The notes beneath the pieces were generated by a model, which did no database searches, was not told the DNA's origin, and saw nothing but the letters and a program-made list of their open reading frames with translations. This document shows positions 8,947 to 17,571 of a DNA stretch of 21,103 bases, piece after piece. Numbering within the stretch: position 1 is the first letter of the stretch; the number at the start of each line of letters is the position of its first letter. A program made the position numbers and the translations under genes. The stretch is taken from positions 1-21,103 of the forward strand of contig CAWHEU010000016.1 in the NCBI GenBank assembly GCA_963828465.1, in the 5' to 3' direction. The stretch is from an uncultured Acidobacteriota bacterium. Its GTDB lineage: Bacteria; Actinomycetota; Acidimicrobiia; Spongiisociales; ZC4RG35.

Positions 8947-9063
8947 CGCCGCTGGCTGCGTCCTCGTCCTCGACGAACGGACAGGTGCGCCTTCGTCCTG
9001 CGTCCTTGCCAACGCCGCCCCTGACTCGCCCTGAGCATCACCAACGTCACCGGCCAGAGCACT
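8902..9063 (-). repeat. 162-bp palindromic MITE/RPE-like element
   Basis: Imperfect inverted arms of about 55 bp (8902-8956 and 9008-9063) with AGTGC...GCACT ends. The interior has a small hairpin and four copies of CGTCCT. Confidence 0.75.
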
Positions 9064-9067
9064 ACTA

Positions 9068-10891
9068 ATGGACATCCGCGCCCTGCTCGAAGGACCGACA
9101 GACGTCGAGCGAGCGGCCGTCGACGATCTGCTGGGACCGCCGGAGTCGGGCTGGGAGGGCGGTCATTTCACCGGGCTCGACGGCCACGTCGCCTACGGAG
9201 GGCATGCCGCCCGGGAACGACGCAACCTATTGCTTCCCGCCTTGCACGCGGTGCAGGACGCAGCGGGGTCGGTGAGCAAGGGAGCGCTGGGTTACATCTC
9301 CGAGAGACTCACAGTGCCCCCCGCCGAGGCCTACGGGGTTGCCACGTTCTACGCCCTGATCAACACAGGGTCACGGTCGCAGACTCTGATCCACGTCTGC
9401 GACGACATCGTCTGCGCTCGTTATGGAGCCGACGAGATCAAGCGATCGCTCGAGCATGAGCTGGGCCCGTCCGGTGCCACCGATCCCGAGATGAGTTGGG
9501 CGCCGAGCCCCTGTCTCGGTCAATGCGACCGGGCGCCGGCGGCCCTCATCCACGCTGCCGGTGCCGGCTACCGCAATGTGGCACCTGCCGACGCCGCCGT
9601 GCTCACCCGTCTTGCCTTCGAGGAGCTGCCCACAGGTCTAATTCACCAGGGTCGAGAGGAGCTGCGTCTTCTCCGTCGGATCGGACATGTCGACCCGGAG
9701 AGCATCGATTCGTATCAGAGCAGCGGCGGGTATGCCGGTTTGGCAAAGGCGATCGACATGGGGAGGGACGGTCTGATCGCCGCCCTGGATGAATCGGGTC
9801 TGAAGGGTCGCGGTGGTGCAGCGTTCCCCATCGGCATCAAGTGGCGTGGAGTGGCCGACGCCGAGGGTGATGTGAAATACGTCATCGCCAACGGCGACGA
9901 ATCGGAGCCGGGCACCTTCAAGGACCGGATCCTGATGGAGGGCGACCCATTCGCCGTCATCGAGGCGATGACTATCGCCGGGTTCGCCACCGGGGCCACC
10001 AGGGGATTCGCCTACGTCAGAGGCGAGTACCCGGTGGCGGAGCGTCGTCTGGTCCACGCCATCGATCAGGCCAGAAACGCAGGTCTCCTCGGGGCCGATG
10101 TTGCCGAGGGCGGTTTCGAATTCGACATCGAGGTCAGACGCGGGGCTGGTGCCTACATCTGTGGTGAGGAGACTGCCTTGTTCGCCTCGATCGAGGGCGA
10201 GCGAGGTGAGCCGAGGCAGAAGCCACCCTTCCCCACCGAGAAAGGGGTGTTTGGCAAGCCGACCTCGGTGAACAACATCGAGACCCTGGTGGCAGTCCTG
10301 GCCGTGCTCGAGATGGGGGCTGCCGAGTTTGCCGCCATCGGAACGGAGCGCTCAACCGGTCCCAAGCTCTTCTGCATCTCTGGCGATGTGACCAGACCCG
10401 GGCTCTATGAGGTCCCGTTCGGGACCACCCTGCGCCAACTGATGACGCTCGCCGGTGGTGTGCGTGATGGCGCCGGAGTTGGGGCGGTCCTGGTCGGCGG
10501 CGCCGCCGGGAGTTTCGTCGACGCCGGCACTCTCGACATGGAACTCACCTTCGAGGGGGCGGCCGCCGCTCAGACCGGCCTCGGCTCCGGAGCAGTGATC
10601 GTCTTCGACGACACCACCGACTTTGCTCCGGTGCTTCGCCGAATCGCCCAGTTCTTCAGGGATGAGTCCTGCGGTCAGTGTGTTCCGTGCCGAATCGGCA
10701 CAGTCAGACAGGAGGAGTCCCTGGCTCGACTCGCCGCCGACAGCCCGATGGGTGGCATCGCCGACGAGCGACAGCGGCTCGACGACCTGGCCCGGGTGAT
10801 GACCGACGCCTCGATCTGCGGCCTTGGTCAGACCGCCGCATCCGCGGTCCAATCCGCATTCCGCCTCAGTCTCCCGGGGACGGCCCGATGA
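9068..10891 (+). CDS. Fused NuoE-NuoF (FdsG-FdsB-like) NAD/FMN-binding diaphorase subunit of FDH
   Basis: NuoE part: LLPALHAVQ, GVATFY, CDDIVC and CLGQC. NuoF part: GLKGRGGAAFP, NGDESEPGTFKDR, GAGAYICGEETAL, ESCGQCVPCRIG and SICGLG. Confidence 0.93.
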   Translation: MDIRALLEGPTDVERAAVDDLLGPPESGWEGGHFTGLDGHVAYGGHAARERRNLLLPALHAVQDAAGSVSKGALGYISERLTVPPAEAYGVATFYALINTGSRSQTLIHVCDDIVCARYGADEIKRSLEHELGPSGATDPEMSWAPSPCLGQCDRAPAALIHAAGAGYRNVAPADAAVLTRLAFEELPTGLIHQGREELRLLRRIGHVDPESIDSYQSSGGYAGLAKAIDMGRDGLIAALDESGLKGRGGAAFPIGIKWRGVADAEGDVKYVIANGDESEPGTFKDRILMEGDPFAVIEAMTIAGFATGATRGFAYVRGEYPVAERRLVHAIDQARNAGLLGADVAEGGFEFDIEVRRGAGAYICGEETALFASIEGERGEPRQKPPFPTEKGVFGKPTSVNNIETLVAVLAVLEMGAAEFAAIGTERSTGPKLFCISGDVTRPGLYEVPFGTTLRQLMTLAGGVRDGAGVGAVLVGGAAGSFVDAGTLDMELTFEGAAAAQTGLGSGAVIVFDDTTDFAPVLRRIAQFFRDESCGQCVPCRIGTVRQEESLARLAADSPMGGIADERQRLDDLARVMTDASICGLGQTAASAVQSAFRLSLPGTAR

Positions 10892-11814
10892 CGATCACGA
10901 GCGAAACGGTTTCCACGATCTCAGCCCGGGTCGATGGCGCCGAGATCGAAATCGCCCAGGGCTCCACCGTTCTCGACGCCTGCCGTCAGGCGGGTGCGGA
11001 CATCCCGACCCTTTGTTACGGGCCGACCATGACCGCGGCCAACGCCTGCCGGGTCTGCGTGGTGGAGATCGAAGGTTCCCGCACCCTCGTGCCGTCCTGC
11101 TCCCGCAAACTCGAAGACGGGATGGAGATCACGACTGGCTCGGACCGGGCCCGGCACAGCCGTCGCCTGGTGATGGAGCTGCTGGGCTCGGCGTCGGAGT
11201 TGGACCGAGCCGGACAGCGGCTCGATCGGTGGATGACCGAAGCGGGAGCCCACCCCGAGCGCTTTGGCAACCCTGGGCCGGAGTCGCCACGTGAGGCGCC
11301 GGCGCCGGGACACCATCACCTGGCCGATCCCAACTTCGCTGCCACGGTGGCCGAGCCGGCCAAGGTCGAGGACGAGCTCTATGTGCGTGACTACGGCCGA
11401 TGCATCCTCTGTTATCGATGTGTCGATGCCTGCGGGGTCGAGCACCAGAACACCTTCGCCATAGCCGTGGCGGGGCGCGGCTTCGACGCACGGATATCCA
11501 CCGAGTTCGACGTCGTCTTGCCCGATTCGGCCTGCGTCTACTGCGGCAACTGCATCGCCGTCTGTCCCACCGGGGCCCTGGCCGGGAAGATCGAGTGGGA
11601 CATGAGGGAGGCCGGGATCTGGGACGAATCGCGCCAGGACGTCACACGCACCATCTGCTCTTACTGCGGGGTGGGCTGCAATCTCGATCTCCACACCCAG
11701 GACGGTCGCATCGTGAGCGTCACCTCCCCGCACGATCACGACGTGACGCTGGGCAACCTCTGCATCAAGGGTCGGTTCGGTTGGATGTACGTCAGCAGCG
11801 GCCGTGGCGTCTGA
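10888..11814 (+). CDS. FDH iron-sulfur subunit: [2Fe-2S] + 2x[4Fe-4S] + molybdopterin-oxidoreductase Fe4S4 domain (N-terminal part of FdsA)
   Basis: ATG 10888 overlaps the upstream stop (ATGA). Motifs: IPTLC..ACRVC..VPSC; CILCYRCVDAC; CVYCGNCIAVCPTGAL; and C-terminal TICSYCGVGC...NLCIKGRFG. Confidence 0.92.
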   Translation: MTITSETVSTISARVDGAEIEIAQGSTVLDACRQAGADIPTLCYGPTMTAANACRVCVVEIEGSRTLVPSCSRKLEDGMEITTGSDRARHSRRLVMELLGSASELDRAGQRLDRWMTEAGAHPERFGNPGPESPREAPAPGHHHLADPNFAATVAEPAKVEDELYVRDYGRCILCYRCVDACGVEHQNTFAIAVAGRGFDARISTEFDVVLPDSACVYCGNCIAVCPTGALAGKIEWDMREAGIWDESRQDVTRTICSYCGVGCNLDLHTQDGRIVSVTSPHDHDVTLGNLCIKGRFGWMYVSSGRGV

Positions 11815-12661
11815 GGCGGTCAGCACCCGTTCGGTGATCCGTGTCAGGGGGAAGGCTGCGACCGTCGATGACAATCTCGTCGTCGAGGAGCCGGTCGAGT
11901 TCCGACTGGACGGGACCGCCCTCGCGGTGGTCATGCGCACCCCGGGCAACGACGCCGAGCTCGCTCTCGGCTTCGCCATCACCGAGGGAATCGTCAACGG
12001 GCCTGACGAAGTGGCCTCGGTGGTAGATCTGGGAGAAGGGCGATGGGATGTCAGGCTGGCTGAAGGGATCACCGTTGATCCGTCCCGGTTCCAGCGCAAC
12101 TTCTACGCCACGTCCTCGTGCGGCGTCTGTGGCAAGGCATCGATAGACGCCATCCGGGTCGCCGGGTCGGTACCACCTCATGGACCGGTGGTCACCCCGG
12201 ATGTCCTACTCGGATTGCCGGGTCGTCTCATCGAGGAGCAGCACGCGTTTCGCTCGACGGGTGGGATCCACGCCGCGGCCGCGTTCGAGCCGGACGGGAA
12301 CCTGGTGGCGGTGCGGGAGGACGTCGGCAGACACAATGCGGTGGACAAGCTGGTCGGGCATCTCGCCACCACCCGATGGCCGATAGATCAGCTCGGCTTG
12401 CTGGTCTCGGGCAGGGTTTCGTTCGAGATCGTCCAGAAGGCGGCGGTGGCCGGCCTTTCTCTGGTCTGTGGGGTCTCCGCAGCCTCCAGCCTCGCCCTCG
12501 ACCTCGCAGAAGAATTCCATATGACCGTGATCGGGTTCCTCCGCGACAAAGGCTTCACGATCTACACCGGCGAGGAACGAGTACATCTCCTCCCCCAGGA
12601 GCGCAGCGACGTTGGGGGAGGTGGCGCCGAAGGCGACGGAGGGGGTTCCGGAGAGGCCTAG
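11804..12661 (+). CDS. fdhD: Formate dehydrogenase accessory sulfurtransferase FdhD
   Basis: [63 protein letters not shown] and IGFLR. Confidence 0.96.
   Translation: MASEAVSTRSVIRVRGKAATVDDNLVVEEPVEFRLDGTALAVVMRTPGNDAELALGFAITEGIVNGPDEVASVVDLGEGRWDVRLAEGITVDPSRFQRNFYATSSCGVCGKASIDAIRVAGSVPPHGPVVTPDVLLGLPGRLIEEQHAFRSTGGIHAAAAFEPDGNLVAVREDVGRHNAVDKLVGHLATTRWPIDQLGLLVSGRVSFEIVQKAAVAGLSLVCGVSAASSLALDLAEEFHMTVIGFLRDKGFTIYTGEERVHLLPQERSDVGGGGAEGDGGGSGEA
12588..12645. repeat. REP-like potential intrastrand triplex element
   Basis: CCTCCCCCA (12589-12597) pairs with TGGGGGAGG (12613-12621). A CGCC-GAA-GGCG hairpin follows (12625-12635), then GGAGGGGG (12638-12645), the mirror image of the purine arm. 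Confidence 0.7.
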
Positions 12662-14430
12662 TGCAGCCCGATCACCTCACCGGCCTCGTCGATGTCGACT
12701 TTCATGAATCCCGGAGTAGCCCCCAGGCCGGGCATCGTGCTCATCTCACCAAGGAGGGGGTAGATGAACCCGGCCCCGACCGACGCCCTTACTTCCCGCA
12801 CCGTGAGCTCATACCCGTGCGGAGCACCTTTCAATGAAGGGTCGTCGCTGATCGAAAGGTGGGTCTTGGCCATGCAGATCGGGAGATATCCGAATCCCGA
12901 CCGCTCGAAATCGGCGATCTGGGTCTCCGCCTGTTGTGTGTACTCGACCGACCCTGCCCGATAGATCTTGGTGGCGATGGTCTCGATTTTGTCCTTGATC
13001 GAGCGGTCTAGCGGGTAGAGGAAGTCGAAATGGGTCGGCTGGCTGCTGGCCTCGACCACCGCGCTGGCCAGGTCGCGCGCCCCCTCGCCACCCCGGGCGT
13101 GATGCTCGGTGGTCACTGCGGCGAAAGCACCGGCCTCCTCTGCCGACCGACGCACGAGCTCGAGCTCGTGCTCGCTGTCCGTGGGAAACCGGTTGATGGC
13201 CACGACGACCGGCACGCCGAAGCCGGCGGCGATGTCGAGATGCGCCTTCAGGTTGGCCATGCCGGCCCGAAGAAGCGGCAGGTTCTCTTCGGTGTATGCG
13301 CTCGCCAGCGGGCGACCGGCCACGACCTTCGGCCCTCCCCCATGCGTCTTCAGGGCTCGCACCGTCGCCACCATCACGACACAATCCGGCCGCAGTCCGG
13401 ACACGCGGCACTTGATGTCGAAGAACTTCTCCATGCCCATGTCGGCACCGAACCCGGACTCGGTCACCACGAAATCACCGAGATGAAGCGCCATCCGGTC
13501 AGCCAGGATCGAGGAGTTCCCGTGGGCGATGTTGGCGAAAGGCCCTGCGTGCACGAAGGCAGGCTGACCCTCCAGCGTCTGCATGAGATTGGGATGAAGT
13601 GTGTCCTTCATGAGGACCGTGACGGCGCCACCCACACCCAGGTCGTCGAGGGTGATGGGGGCACCGTCCTTGGACAGTCCCATGACGACCCGGCCCACTC
13701 GTTCACGCAGGTTGCGTAGCGCCGACGGATAGTCGGCGCCATCGGCGAGGGCGAGGATCGCCATCAGCTCGCTCGCAACCGAGATGTCGTACCCGCTCTC
13801 TCGGGGACGACCGTCGACCGCCCCACCCAGACCGATCACGACGTGGCGAAGGGCCCGGTCATTGACATCGACGACCCGACGCCAGCTGATCCGGTCGGGA
13901 TCGATGGCGAGCCGCTTCAACCCGAGCGCATTCAGGGCTTCGGTGGTGAGACGACCCTCGTGATACCAGCGGGCGTCGATGGCGGCTGCCACCAGATTGT
14001 GCGCTACCGAGATGGCGTGCATGTCCCCGGTGAGATGGAGGTTGAACTCTTCCATCGGGACCACCTGGCTGTACCCGCCGCCGGCGGCGCCCCCTTTGAT
14101 CCCGAAGGTGGGACCCATGCTCGGCTGTCGGATGCAGGCGATCGATCGGTGGCCTAACGCCCCCAGACCCTGGACCAGGCCTACGGTGGTCGTGGTCTTG
14201 CCCTCACCGAGCGGGGTTGGAGTGACGGCCGTGACGACCACGTACTTGCCCATGGGATTGCCGGCGATCCGGCGCAGGGCATCGAGGTGGATTTTCGCCT
14301 TGGTGGCGCCGTAGGGGATGACCTCCTCGTCGTCCAGACCGAGGTCCCGCGCCACGTCGCTGATCGGCTTGAGTTTGGCGGTGCGGGCGATCTCGAGGTC
14401 GCTCGCCATGCGGGGTAGCGGGTTGGACAT
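12658..14430 (-). CDS. fhs: Formate--tetrahydrofolate ligase
   Basis: [73 protein letters not shown] and TMPGL. Confidence 0.97.
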   Translation of the reverse strand: MSNPLPRMASDLEIARTAKLKPISDVARDLGLDDEEVIPYGATKAKIHLDALRRIAGNPMGKYVVVTAVTPTPLGEGKTTTTVGLVQGLGALGHRSIACIRQPSMGPTFGIKGGAAGGGYSQVVPMEEFNLHLTGDMHAISVAHNLVAAAIDARWYHEGRLTTEALNALGLKRLAIDPDRISWRRVVDVNDRALRHVVIGLGGAVDGRPRESGYDISVASELMAILALADGADYPSALRNLRERVGRVVMGLSKDGAPITLDDLGVGGAVTVLMKDTLHPNLMQTLEGQPAFVHAGPFANIAHGNSSILADRMALHLGDFVVTESGFGADMGMEKFFDIKCRVSGLRPDCVVMVATVRALKTHGGGPKVVAGRPLASAYTEENLPLLRAGMANLKAHLDIAAGFGVPVVVAINRFPTDSEHELELVRRSAEEAGAFAAVTTEHHARGGEGARDLASAVVEASSQPTHFDFLYPLDRSIKDKIETIATKIYRAGSVEYTQQAETQIADFERSGFGYLPICMAKTHLSISDDPSLKGAPHGYELTVREVRASVGAGFIYPLLGEMSTMPGLGATPGFMKVDIDEAGEVIGLH

Positions 14431-14476
14431 GGCGTAGTTCTAGCGGGTTCGGGTCTATGGGGCCTGATCTGCTGAT

Positions 14477-15130
14477 ATGCCATCGATGACAACTGCGAAT
14501 CGGCCCGAAGCCATCCTGTTCGATGCCGGCGGGACTCTCATCCTCCAGGATCCGGAGGAGATGGGTCGGCGACTCGACACCGTGATCGACCCCGCACGCG
14601 CTCACCGCGCCCACTACGAGGCCATGGCCGAGTACTCAGATCGCCGACTCGCAGGTCAGGAGGTCGACTGGGATTGGTGGATGGAGCGCTATTTCACGAT
14701 CCTCGGCGTGGTCGACCCCCACCTGGCCGGGGAGAAGACTGATCACGGGTATGGGCTGTGGAACCATGCCCTCGAGGGAGTGGGTAAGGCTGTCGAGCAG
14801 CTGAGAGACTCCGGAGTAAGGGTGGCAGTGGTGTCGAACTCGGACGGCTCGGTGCGTGGATCTCTTGGAACGGCAGGTCTACTCGACCTGTTCGAGTTCG
14901 TCATCGACTCACATGAAGTCGGAGTGTCCAAGCCCAACCCGAGGATCTTCCAGGCCGCCCTCGATCGCATGGACCTGGAACCATCGAAGGCCTGGTACGT
15001 GGGCGACTCGGTGTTTCACGATGTGAACGGGGCCCGCGCGGCAGGGCTCTCACGTGCGTTGTTGGTCGATCCCTATGGACTCGGCCCAGGGGACGTCTCA
15101 ACCATCGGGTCGGTCACCGAGCTCGTCTGA
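14477..15130 (+). CDS. HAD-superfamily hydrolase (HAD-IA)
   Basis: LFDAGGTL, VVSNSDG, SKPNPRIF and YVGDS.FHDV.GA. The start could be ATG 14486. Confidence 0.9.
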   Translation: MPSMTTANRPEAILFDAGGTLILQDPEEMGRRLDTVIDPARAHRAHYEAMAEYSDRRLAGQEVDWDWWMERYFTILGVVDPHLAGEKTDHGYGLWNHALEGVGKAVEQLRDSGVRVAVVSNSDGSVRGSLGTAGLLDLFEFVIDSHEVGVSKPNPRIFQAALDRMDLEPSKAWYVGDSVFHDVNGARAAGLSRALLVDPYGLGPGDVSTIGSVTELV

Positions 15131-15619
15131 GAGAAGGCGCTGCCTGGTCTCCCTTGAATCTTCGAAGAACTCTGCGACCCTCCGCTCCATCTCTTCAGGA
15201 CTGACATCTTCGACATGCTCAGCCAACCCCCATTGGTGTCCGAAGGGGTCTTCGATGCGCCCACCCTTGTCGCCATAGAACTGCAGCGACAAGGGGTAGA
15301 TCTCGCGTGCGCCCAGAGCAATCGCCCTTTCCCAGACGGAGTCGACATCCTCTGTATAGAGAAACATGACTGCCGTCGTCGTCCCGGCCGAAAGAGGCGA
15401 TTTGGTGGGTGAGTCGGGCTGCTCGTCGCTCAGCATCACGACGGTGTCGCCGATCCGGATCTCGGCGTGCGAAATCTTGTCGTCGGGTCCAATCATCGGG
15501 GGCATCGCCTCCTCGGCTCCGAACGCCGACTTGTAGAACTCGATCGCCTCTCGGCAAGGGCTCACGGTCAACGAGACCGTCACAGAGCCATAGGCCTCGG
15601 GCACAGGATTCACATCCAA
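15098..15619 (-). CDS. VOC/glyoxalase family protein (PhnB-like)
   Basis: AIEFYKSAFGA, HAEIRIGD, DVDSVWERAI..GA and FYGDKGGRIEDPFGHQW. GGAGGAGG precedes TTG 15619, with a -10 TAGGGT at 15649-15644. Confidence 0.9.
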   Translation of the reverse strand: MDVNPVPEAYGSVTVSLTVSPCREAIEFYKSAFGAEEAMPPMIGPDDKISHAEIRIGDTVVMLSDEQPDSPTKSPLSAGTTTAVMFLYTEDVDSVWERAIALGAREIYPLSLQFYGDKGGRIEDPFGHQWGLAEHVEDVSPEEMERRVAEFFEDSRETRQRLLSDELGDRPDG

Positions 15620-15782
15620 TTGTGACCTCCTCCGAATGTCCTCACCCTACGCCGGAGACCGACCTGACGGGAATGGCCGATGCATTGCATCGTCACCTGA
15701 CACATGGCGGGTTGGCCTTGCCCACGAGCTCGAGTGCCATCTCCGGCAACCAGACCCCGGGCCGTCTGAGACTCTCGCCGGG

Positions 15783-16807
15783 TCAGGCCAGGAACCAGTC
15801 CAGTTCCGCTAGTCGCTTGGCGGGGACCAGGCGTGGCACCGCGACCGCGGATGAGAGGGGCACGAGAACCAAATCCGTGCCCACACAGGCCACCATCGTC
15901 CCGTGATCCCCGTCGATCGCTGCCTCCGCAGCCCGAATTCCCATTCGGGTGGCCAGGACCCGGTCGAACGCGGTTGGCGTGCCTCCCCTCTGCAGATGCC
16001 CGAGGATCATCAAACGTGTCTCAAATCCGGTCCGGCGCCTCCAACTCGGCGGCGATCACCCCCGACACACCGCCAAGGCGTTCGAAGCCGGCATGGTCGA
16101 TCCCTATCGTGACCTGATCTCCAGACGGTGCGGGGACGCCCTCAGCCACGATGACGATCGAATAGTCCCTGCCCGACTGGTGACGAGCCAGCAACCGACG
16201 AGCCAGGTCGTCCAGGTCGTATTCCTTCTCCGGGACGAGAATCGCCTCCGCTCCTCCAGCCAGACCGGCATGGACGGCTATCCACCCCGACTGCCGTCCC
16301 ATGACCTCCACCACCATGATCCGGTTGTGCGCCTCGGCGGTCGTGGTGAGGCGATCGATGGCGTCAGTGACGATGTGGACCGCGGTGTCGAAGCCGAATG
16401 ACACGTCTGTGCCTTCGATGATCATTGTCGATTGTCTTGGGCACCCCGATCACGGGAAGACCCTCTTCTCCGAGCCTGGCCGCTGTTCGCAACGAGCCGT
16501 CGCCGCCGATCACGACAACAGAGTCGATACCGGTGGCCTTCAGCGCCGGTAGCAGGGAGGCAAGACCGTCGCCATGCTCGTATGGGTCGGTGCGCGACGT
16601 CCCGAGGATCGTGCCACCGCGGGTGAGGACGCCACGGACATCGTCTCGGCCCAAATGTCTTACACGACCCCCCATCAAGCCCTGCCAGCCGTCTTCGATC
16701 CCTGATACGGCATGGCCAACTGCGGCGGCCCGGGCGACGACGCCGCGGATCGCAGCATTGAGACCGGGGCAATCTCCGCCTGCGGTGAGAACGCCGATAT
16801 GAGTCAC
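15783..16807 (-). pseudogene. pfkA: 6-phosphofructokinase broken by two +1 frameshifts (pseudogene or sequencing error)
   Basis: Three consecutive ORFs join into one PfkA: GVLTAGGDCPGLNAAIR, GGTILGTSR, IGGDGS, PKTIDND / SFGFDTA, VEVMGR.SGWIA, VAEG / [14 protein letters not shown]. Extra bases lie near 16420 and 16034. GGDGS (Gly rather than Asp) suggests ATP dependence. Confidence 0.88.
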
Positions 16808-16908
16808 GACTTGTGATTGTGCCAGCGTCGATCACGGCTGAGGGCGCCGTTGGCGACGAGAAGGACTCCCGCTCCGATGAACAGCCCGTAGGCCCAGCTC
16901 TCGGCCAC
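16804..16908 (-). CDS. Putative 34-aa single-pass membrane protein (not in the ORF track)
   Basis: GTG 16908 to TGA 16804 gives MAESWAYGLFIGAGVLLVANGALSRDRRWHNHKS. Codons are mostly GC-ending, and the stop overlaps the pfkA GTG (GTGA). Confidence 0.4.
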   Translation of the reverse strand: MAESWAYGLFIGAGVLLVANGALSRDRRWHNHKS

Positions 16909-17003
16909 ATTTGGCTGCCTGAACTACGGTTCGCCCACTCTGGGTGATGCCACGAGCGACAGTCGGTCGTTGAGTTGGGCTCACCCAACAAAGGAGTCTG
17001 GTT

Positions 17004-17564
17004 ATGGGACTGCTCGGCAGACGGCAGGATCGAAGAGAAGAGCGTCAGGAGGACCGTCAGGAGTTCGGCGTCGGGGGAAGCGCCGTGCATTATCAGATGC
17101 GGGAGAAGCTGGTCTCGATCGGGGACGACTTCTGGATCGAGACCGATCGGGGCGAACGGGCGTTCAAAGTCAACGGGAAGGCGCTCCGGGTACGAAGCAC
17201 ACTCGTGTTCGAGGATCCACAAGGCAACGAAGTGGCAAAGATCCAGGATCGCCCGGTGCGTGTGAGGGAGGTCATGGAGGTGGAAGCGCCCGACGGGTCG
17301 ACCATGGCCACGATCAAGAAGGCGATGATCACGCCACTGCGGGAGAGATTTTCGATCTCGACTGCGAGCGGTGTGGAACTCGAAGCTCAAGGGAATCTCG
17401 TCGACCACGAATACGAGATCTCCAACGGCGGCGACAAGATCGCGGAGGTATCGAAGAAGTGGTTCCGGGTTCGCGACTCATACGGGGTCGAGATCGAGCC
17501 CGGTCAGGACCCGATCCTGATTCTGACTGCCACCGTCGCCATCGACATGATGGCCCACGATTGA
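17004..17564 (+). CDS. LURP-one-related/scramblase (tubby C-terminal-like) family protein
   Basis: YQMREKLVSIGDDFWIE, FKVNGKALRVR, GNLVDHEYEI, IAEVSKKWFRVRDSYGVEI and AIDMM. SD AAGGAG at 16991-16996. Confidence 0.85.
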   Translation: MGLLGRRQDRREERQEDRQEFGVGGSAVHYQMREKLVSIGDDFWIETDRGERAFKVNGKALRVRSTLVFEDPQGNEVAKIQDRPVRVREVMEVEAPDGSTMATIKKAMITPLRERFSISTASGVELEAQGNLVDHEYEISNGGDKIAEVSKKWFRVRDSYGVEIEPGQDPILILTATVAIDMMAHD

Positions 17565-17571
17565 CCGTTCC

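Noticed and set aside
8957-9007. CsrB-like sRNA based on minus-strand AGGACG repeats
   Set aside because: There are only four units, not each in a hairpin loop; they are better explained as the interior of the palindromic repeat.
10678-10887. 5' extension of the Fe-S subunit ORF
   Set aside because: It lies inside nuoEF; the ATGA overlap marks 10888 as the start.
9068-11814. Respiratory complex I (nuoEFG) or hydrogenase locus
   Set aside because: There are no membrane nuo genes and no H-cluster or NiFe motifs; the flanking fdhF and fdhD define an FDH.
10921-12099. 392-aa minus-strand ORF
   Set aside because: Antisense shadow of the Fe-S and fdhD genes.
14431-14476. ZTP or THF riboswitch upstream of fhs
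   Set aside because: Only 46 nt separate the divergent genes, and no aptamer motif is visible.
16974-16989. GTTGGG-CTCA-CCCAAC hairpin before the LURP-like gene SD
   Set aside because: The 6-bp stem does not cover the SD, so evidence for function is insufficient.
16422-17408. 328-aa minus-strand ORF
   Set aside because: Antisense to the LURP-like gene and out of frame over pfkA; its composition is not protein-like.
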